29,844 nt of DNA from a virus (Duplodnaviria; Caudoviricetes), in IMG/VR virus record IMGVR_UViG_3300032324_000591, positions 1 to 29,844 of that record. One strand, 5' to 3'. Below, piece by piece: positions 24,924 to 29,844 of the stretch (the first letter of the stretch is position 1; every line of letters begins with the position of its first letter). A model generated the notes under the pieces. That model made no database searches and was not told the origin of the DNA. It worked only from the letters and a program-made list of their open reading frames with translations. The position numbers were made by a program, and so were the translations under genes.

Positions 24924-25127
24924 ATGACCACTCAAGACATCATCAAAATGCTAGGCGGACCCGTCTGGGTAAGCCAGCACCTGGGCATTCGTAGCCAGGC
25001 GGTGTCCAACTGGAAGCGCATTCCCCTGGAGCGGGTGCCGCTCCTGCTGATGCTGGCCAAGTCGATGGGTGTGCAGATTAGCGCAGAGCAGATGAGGCCA
25101 GACGTAGAGTGGGCGGTGTTCCGGTGA
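24924..25127 (+). CDS. cro: Cro/YdaS-like HTH regulator
   Basis: IIKMLGG..VSQHLGIRSQAVSNWKRIP..R..ISAEQMRPDVEW. Confidence 0.85.
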   Translation: MTTQDIIKMLGGPVWVSQHLGIRSQAVSNWKRIPLERVPLLLMLAKSMGVQISAEQMRPDVEWAVFR

Positions 25128-25312
25128 CGACGTTTGGCCTGGCGCTCACGTTGGACGTGCTTGAGGCGCTGTTCGAGGGCAAGAAGGTTGTTTTGTTGGC
25201 CAAGGACGTGCGCTTTGTTTTGGAGATTGACCCGGCAGAGCTGGCGATGTCAAAGGATATGATTGAGAAGGCGATGCTGATGCACATGCACGCGTCGCCT
25301 TTGGTGAATTAA
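25124..25312 (+). CDS. Hypothetical protein
   Basis: GTGA-coupled to cro; 62 aa. Confidence 0.65.
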   Translation: MTTFGLALTLDVLEALFEGKKVVLLAKDVRFVLEIDPAELAMSKDMIEKAMLMHMHASPLVN

Positions 25313-25355
25313 GTACACCGTGTCAGCCGGATGCTGGCGTTTATTGGAGCTTTCC

Positions 25356-25553
25356 ATGCAATCGAGAATTGAGTATTTTGCCGATCTGCTGGACGACTGC
25401 GTCGAAGCGGTCGCCCAGACAAACCTTGCCACCGAGGACACCGGGCCGGTGATTGCAGCCCTGGTCATGTCGGACAGCTACAACGGCTTACGAAAAGCAA
25501 TACTCCAGGCAAGCACCATAGTTGCCAACAGCTCACCACCCGAACAGGGGTGA
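25356..25553 (+). CDS. Hypothetical protein
   Basis: SD GGAG before ATG 25356; 65 aa. Confidence 0.65.
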   Translation: MQSRIEYFADLLDDCVEAVAQTNLATEDTGPVIAALVMSDSYNGLRKAILQASTIVANSSPPEQG

Positions 25554-25556
25554 GCG

Positions 25557-27881
25557 ATGAAGCCAACATCACTGCCGGTTAAGCTGGCGGGCATTGCGCC
25601 CGAGTTAAAAGCTATCGACGCATGGGTCATGTGGCGCTACGTGCAGCGCGCCAAGCCCAGTGGCGAGAAGGTCTGGGCCAAGATGCCCATGACCGTGGAG
25701 GGCCGTGCGGCCAGCTCCACAAACCCCCTGACCTGGACCACATACGGCGACGTGGTCGACACCCTGATCATGGATGACACGTTCGACGGCATCGGCCTGG
25801 TGCTCGGAGCTGACGTGCAAGGCATCGACCTGGACGACTGCCGAGATTTGGAGAGCGGGGTTTTGACAGACTTTGCTCAGGAAGTGCTTGACCGGGTGGA
25901 CGGTTACGCCGAGGTTAGCCCGTCTGGCACCGGGCTGAAGATTTTCAGCCGCACGAACCTGGACGGATCACGTACCAAAAAAGAAGTGGGCCTGGAGCTT
26001 TACCGGGAAGGGCGATACTTCACAGTGACTGGCCATGGCATCAACGGGCATGATTGCCTGCCAGCGGATGTGCAGGACCTTGGCTGGCTGGTCGAGCGGG
26101 TGTGGGGCGAGGGCCTGAACCAGGGCGTGCTTGAGGGCGACGCCGCAGAGAGGGCCTTGGCCAACTACAAGGGGCCAATCGAAGATTGGGACTTGGACCG
26201 CGTAGTGGCCGAGGTGCTGCCTCACCTGGACCCGGACGCCGGTTACTCTGACTGGCTTCGCGTCGGCGCTGCGATGCACCATCAGGGCGGTGGCGATGAG
26301 GGTTGGCTGCAAGCATGGGACGAATGGTCGGCGCTATCGAGCAAGTGGGCGGAGGGCTACTGCGATCAGAAGTGGACTTCGTTTAGCGCTCAGCGCGCCA
26401 CCGGCAAAGGCTCTGTCACACTGGCTTCGCTTCTCAAGCAGACCAAGGACGCAAGGGAGTCGTCTGCCAGGTCGAGTCGTGACGTGATGATGGCCGACTT
26501 GCTTGGCCGCATTGAAGCGGTGACCGACCCGCGCGACCTGCAAGAGAAGATCGCGGCGTCGATTGCAAACAACGGCGACTACTCAGACGTGGAGAGGGCA
26601 CAGTTTGCCCAGGCCATCCAGTCACGCGCTCGGGTGCTGGGCACCAAGCTGGAGATCGCGACGGTGCGCGGCTGGCTTCGGGCCAGGGTGAGCGGCTCAA
26701 GCCTGTTCCCTCACCTGAACGACGACGGGCACCCGCTATGCACACTGGAAAACCTGGCGATCCTGCTTGACCGGTTGGACGTAATGGTGCGGTACAACGT
26801 CATCTCGAAAGCGACCGAGTTGCTGATACCAGATACGGCATTCACCAGGGACAACAAGGACAACGCGTCGATTGCCTATGTCCTGTCCGAGTGCGAGAAG
26901 GCTCGGATGTCGACCAAGTTTGTCCCCCAGTTCCTTTTGATGCTGGCCGACCAGAACCAATACAACCCAGTGGCTACATGGATTGAGTCTGTGGCTTGGG
27001 ACGGCGTATCTAGGTTGGGGCGTTTTTATGCGACAGTGGACTGCGGTGGCCAGATGGACCAGGGATTGAAAGAGCTTCTGATGCGCAAGTGGCTGGTCCA
27101 GGCGATTGGGGCAGCGTTTGAGCCTGACGGCATAGCGGCCCAGGGCATCCTGACATTCACGGGCGCTCAGAACATCGGCAAGACGACCTGGTTTAACAAG
27201 CTGGCACCGGAAGTGTTGGGGGTTATCCATACAGGCCACACGCTTGACGTGCGTTCCAAGGACTCGCAACTGATCGCGCTTCGCTACTGGATCGTTGAGC
27301 TGGGCGAAGTCGACGCGACGTTCAGGAAGTCGGACATGTCCGCTTTGAAGTCGTTTGCGACTCAGGCAATTGACACTATCAGGCGTCCATATGCCATTAC
27401 AGAATCCAACTATGGGCGCAGGACTGTGTTCGGCGCATCGGTCAATGACGTGGTGTTCCTGGCCGATCCGACAGGCAACCGGCGCTTCTGGACGATACCG
27501 GTGGTGGGCTTTCCGGTGGACGCGGAACTGGACATGCAGCAGGTCTGGGCCGAGGTCTTGGAGCTGTATCGGGCGGGTGAGCGCTGGTACTTGTCCATGG
27601 ATCAGGCCGGGTTGTTGGGTGAGCACAACGCCGATTTCACCGTGGTTGACCCCATTGACGAGCGCATTGCTGCTGGATTTTGTTGGGGCGAGGGGGTCAC
27701 CGTTTGGGATTGGGCGACTGCGACCGAGGTGCTGATGCGCATTAAGGTGCAGGAGCCGAGCAAAAATCAGACGATCACGGCTTCACGCGTTTTGCAAAAG
27801 CTGAACGGAGGCCAGAGAAAAAAGTCGAACGGCAAGGTACTTTTTGCAATTCCGAGTGCGGTGAACGACTTTTTAGGGTAA
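25557..27881 (+). CDS. AEP primase + PriCT-2 + VirE/VapE P-loop helicase
   Basis: IDLDDC..YAEVSPSGTG..ELY..RYFTVTG; YSDWLRVGAAMH..WDEWS..KWTSF; GAQNIGKTT..ELGE..DPTGNRRFW. Confidence 0.92.
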   Translation: MKPTSLPVKLAGIAPELKAIDAWVMWRYVQRAKPSGEKVWAKMPMTVEGRAASSTNPLTWTTYGDVVDTLIMDDTFDGIGLVLGADVQGIDLDDCRDLESGVLTDFAQEVLDRVDGYAEVSPSGTGLKIFSRTNLDGSRTKKEVGLELYREGRYFTVTGHGINGHDCLPADVQDLGWLVERVWGEGLNQGVLEGDAAERALANYKGPIEDWDLDRVVAEVLPHLDPDAGYSDWLRVGAAMHHQGGGDEGWLQAWDEWSALSSKWAEGYCDQKWTSFSAQRATGKGSVTLASLLKQTKDARESSARSSRDVMMADLLGRIEAVTDPRDLQEKIAASIANNGDYSDVERAQFAQAIQSRARVLGTKLEIATVRGWLRARVSGSSLFPHLNDDGHPLCTLENLAILLDRLDVMVRYNVISKATELLIPDTAFTRDNKDNASIAYVLSECEKARMSTKFVPQFLLMLADQNQYNPVATWIESVAWDGVSRLGRFYATVDCGGQMDQGLKELLMRKWLVQAIGAAFEPDGIAAQGILTFTGAQNIGKTTWFNKLAPEVLGVIHTGHTLDVRSKDSQLIALRYWIVELGEVDATFRKSDMSALKSFATQAIDTIRRPYAITESNYGRRTVFGASVNDVVFLADPTGNRRFWTIPVVGFPVDAELDMQQVWAEVLELYRAGERWYLSMDQAGLLGEHNADFTVVDPIDERIAAGFCWGEGVTVWDWATATEVLMRIKVQEPSKNQTITASRVLQKLNGGQRKKSNGKVLFAIPSAVNDFLG

Positions 27882-28095
27882 AGGGTATTGGAAAATGTTG
27901 CATTACCCTGCCCTATTACCCTGTCCTAACTCTTTGATTTACTTAACTTATTTACTATTTAGGGTAATAGGGTAATAGAAATAGAGCTATAAACTCAGAG
28001 GAGAAGTGTAAAAAGAGAGAATAATTATGTTGAGAAAAGGATGGCTTGGTACTTAAAGTGTTGGGAGGGGGGTAATGCACTGCCCTATTACCCTG
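27875..28095. repeat. Putative replication origin: GGGTAAT/ATTACCC iterons around an AT-rich tract
   Basis: About eight core copies in both orientations. 15-bp TGCCCTATTACCCTG at 27909 and 28081; TAGGGTAATAGGGTAATAG at 27960. Confidence 0.7.
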
Positions 28096-28106
28096 GAGGG
28101 ATTGTG

Positions 28107-28379
28107 ATGCTAGAAAAACGGATTGAGCAAAGGCTGGTGGCCAAGGCAAAGGAGGCGGGCGGTTTGGCAATTAAGTGGGTAGCGCCAGGATTTGCCGGAG
28201 TGCCTGATCGGATTGTGTTTTTGCCTGGCGGCAGGATCATCCTGGTAGAGCTGAAGGCACCCGGCCAAAAAGCCACAGTGCTTCAAAACAAAGTGCATGG
28301 AATTTTGAGGGACCTGGGCGTGGACGTCCGGGTCATTGACAGTTTTCAAAAAGTTGACATTTTATTTGAAAAAAGTTAA
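28107..28379 (+). CDS. VRR-NUC domain nuclease
   Basis: SD GGAGG; MLEKRIE..GGLAIKW..GVPDRIV..VELKAP. Confidence 0.92.
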   Translation: MLEKRIEQRLVAKAKEAGGLAIKWVAPGFAGVPDRIVFLPGGRIILVELKAPGQKATVLQNKVHGILRDLGVDVRVIDSFQKVDILFEKS

Positions 28380-28382
28380 ATT
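28354..28382 (+). promoter_or_regulatory. Near-consensus sigma70 promoter for the inserted gene
   Basis: TTGACA, 17-bp spacer, TAAATT in an AT-rich context. Confidence 0.7.
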
Positions 28383-28411
28383 CGATCACCATTTTACAAA
28401 AGGAGAAAGAT

Positions 28412-28747
28412 ATGAGCATATTTACTTTGGCTAGACAAGCCGGTTCAAATATCCGCGCCGCTTCAGGAAACCGTTATTTGCTGAGCGTTGTGGATGAGGA
28501 TGGAGCCGTTTTGTTTCAACAGCATTTTCCCGATTCGCTTTCAGCCCTAAAAGCTGCGCAAAGCATGCAAACGCAATTGCAAGAATTGAGAACCAAGTAT
28601 TTGGGAACGACGTCGTTGGCCAAACTGAAAGGGGAGTACCGGGCTGCCAAAGATTTGGCCGACTCGATACGGGATCAATTTGTAAAGGCTAGGCTGCAAG
28701 TCCATAACAGCCCATACAAAAACGAGCGCGGGCTGATTAAACCGTGA
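28412..28747 (+). CDS. Moron-like hypothetical protein
   Basis: AAGGAG SD, own promoter, visibly more AT-rich than its neighbours. Confidence 0.75.
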   Translation: MSIFTLARQAGSNIRAASGNRYLLSVVDEDGAVLFQQHFPDSLSALKAAQSMQTQLQELRTKYLGTTSLAKLKGEYRAAKDLADSIRDQFVKARLQVHNSPYKNERGLIKP

Positions 28748-29844
28748 ATTACTTACCGAGACCGGCGCAAGCCCTGGCCCAGGACCGGATGCTGGACAAC
28801 CCGTACCAGTTGATCGCGTTGAGGATGGGTGGTGGTAAGACCGTGGTCACGTTGACTGCGGTTGACGACCTGATGCGTAACCGGTTTGAGATCAGCAAGA
28901 CGCTGGTGGTAGCGCCGCTGAGGGTGGCGGAGCTAGTTTGGCATACAGAGGCTGCCAAATGGGGCCATTTGGCGGCTTTGAGGGTGTCCAAGGTACTGGG
29001 ACCGCAGGGCAAGCGTTTGGAGGCGCTACGGGCTGATGCTGACGTCTACGTAATCAACAGGGAGAATTTTGTCTGGCTGGTGCGTGAGATGGGCAGCAAG
29101 TGGCCATTTGATTGCGTGGTGATCGACGAGAACAAAGGATTCAAGGACCGGGCCAGCCTGGCCTGGCAGGCGCTAAAGCGGGTAAGGCAGAAGATCAATC
29201 GCTTGTACATCCTGACCGGCACGCCTGACCCCAACGGGAATTTGTTGGACCTGTGGCCGCAGATCAGCATCATGGACAGGGGTCAAAGACTGGGCAAAGG
29301 GATCACTGTTTATAAAGACAGGTGGTATCTGCCTGACAAGCGCAATGGCCAGACAATCTTTAGCTGGAAGCTCAGGCCAGGTGCAAGGGATGAAATCCAG
29401 GCCCTGGTTCGCGATGTCATGGTGAGCATCGACACTGGGGCTGTTTTGCCGGACCGGATTGACAACGTGGTGCCGGTGGTTTTTGATAGGAAGCGTTACG
29501 ACGAGATGCAAGCGACCCAGGTCAGCGGCAGGGTGATGGCGGTGAACACGGCAGTGCTTGCAGGCAAGCTGGGCCAGATGGCCAACGGAGCTGTGTACGA
29601 CGATGCAAAGGTCGTGCATCACATACACGATGCCAAGCTGGACGCGCTTGAGGAGATCATCGACCAGGGCGAACCGGTGCTGTGCTTTACCGCATACGTG
29701 CATGACATGGACAGGATCAAAAAGAGATTCCCCCAAGCTGTGCAGTTTGACGGTGAGCGAAGCCTGCTTGCATGGCAATCTGGATTGATCAGCCTGATGG
29801 TCATGCACCCAGGTAGCGGTGGCCATGGAGTAGACGGCTTGCAA
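28744..29844 (+). CDS. SNF2-family helicase (3'-truncated; not in the ORF track)
   Basis: GTG start coupled to the previous stop. LRMGGGKTV, LVVAPLRVA, VINREN, VVIDE, ILTGTP..DLWPQ. Open to the window end. Confidence 0.92.
   Translation, partial: MNYLPRPAQALAQDRMLDNPYQLIALRMGGGKTVVTLTAVDDLMRNRFEISKTLVVAPLRVAELVWHTEAAKWGHLAALRVSKVLGPQGKRLEALRADADVYVINRENFVWLVREMGSKWPFDCVVIDENKGFKDRASLAWQALKRVRQKINRLYILTGTPDPNGNLLDLWPQISIMDRGQRLGKGITVYKDRWYLPDKRNGQTIFSWKLRPGARDEIQALVRDVMVSIDTGAVLPDRIDNVVPVVFDRKRYDEMQATQVSGRVMAVNTAVLAGKLGQMANGAVYDDAKVVHHIHDAKLDALEEIIDQGEPVLCFTAYVHDMDRIKKRFPQAVQFDGERSLLAWQSGLISLMVMHPGSGGHGVDGLQ

Noticed and set aside
26736-27626. 296-aa minus-strand ORF
   Set aside because: Antisense shadow of the VirE helicase domain.
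29173-29844. 223-aa minus-strand ORF from the track
   Set aside because: The + strand encodes a clear SNF2 helicase here.

Overview
This window is an internal segment of a tailed dsDNA phage (or prophage) genome, most likely a podovirus-type phage of a betaproteobacterial host; the host assignment is an inference from the small-gene families. It has three blocks. (1) 1-16286, + strand: a virion/ejection module with an 11-residue-periodic repeat protein, a GNAT, three smaller candidate ejection proteins, and two giant polyvalent proteins (2106 and 1644 aa) separated by a ferritin gene. (2) 16243-24799, - strand: a translationally coupled run of small accessory genes plus an APSE/SPO2-type replication module (PolA, DUF2815 SSB, DUF2800 nuclease). 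(3) 24924-end, + strand: Cro-like gene, primase-PriCT2-VirE, an iteron/AT-rich origin candidate, VRR-NUC, a promoter-bearing moron and a truncated SNF2 helicase. The most interesting signal is inside the giant genes. They look like cassette arrays of candidate effectors (zincin peptidase, ART-like, SAM-lyase-like, HhH-GPD glycosylase-like, zeta-type kinase, MuF-C/PBECR RNase-like), several bounded by a recurring F-[SA]-x-[KR]-Q motif. Beside five effectors there is a hidden element: four SD-led small ORFs, all in the +1 frame, and one ~155-nt structured antisense RNA with its own sigma70 promoter and terminator. This suggests a virion-delivered multi-effector system with nested protein and RNA antidotes. 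All domain calls come from motif recognition by eye; no searches were run.
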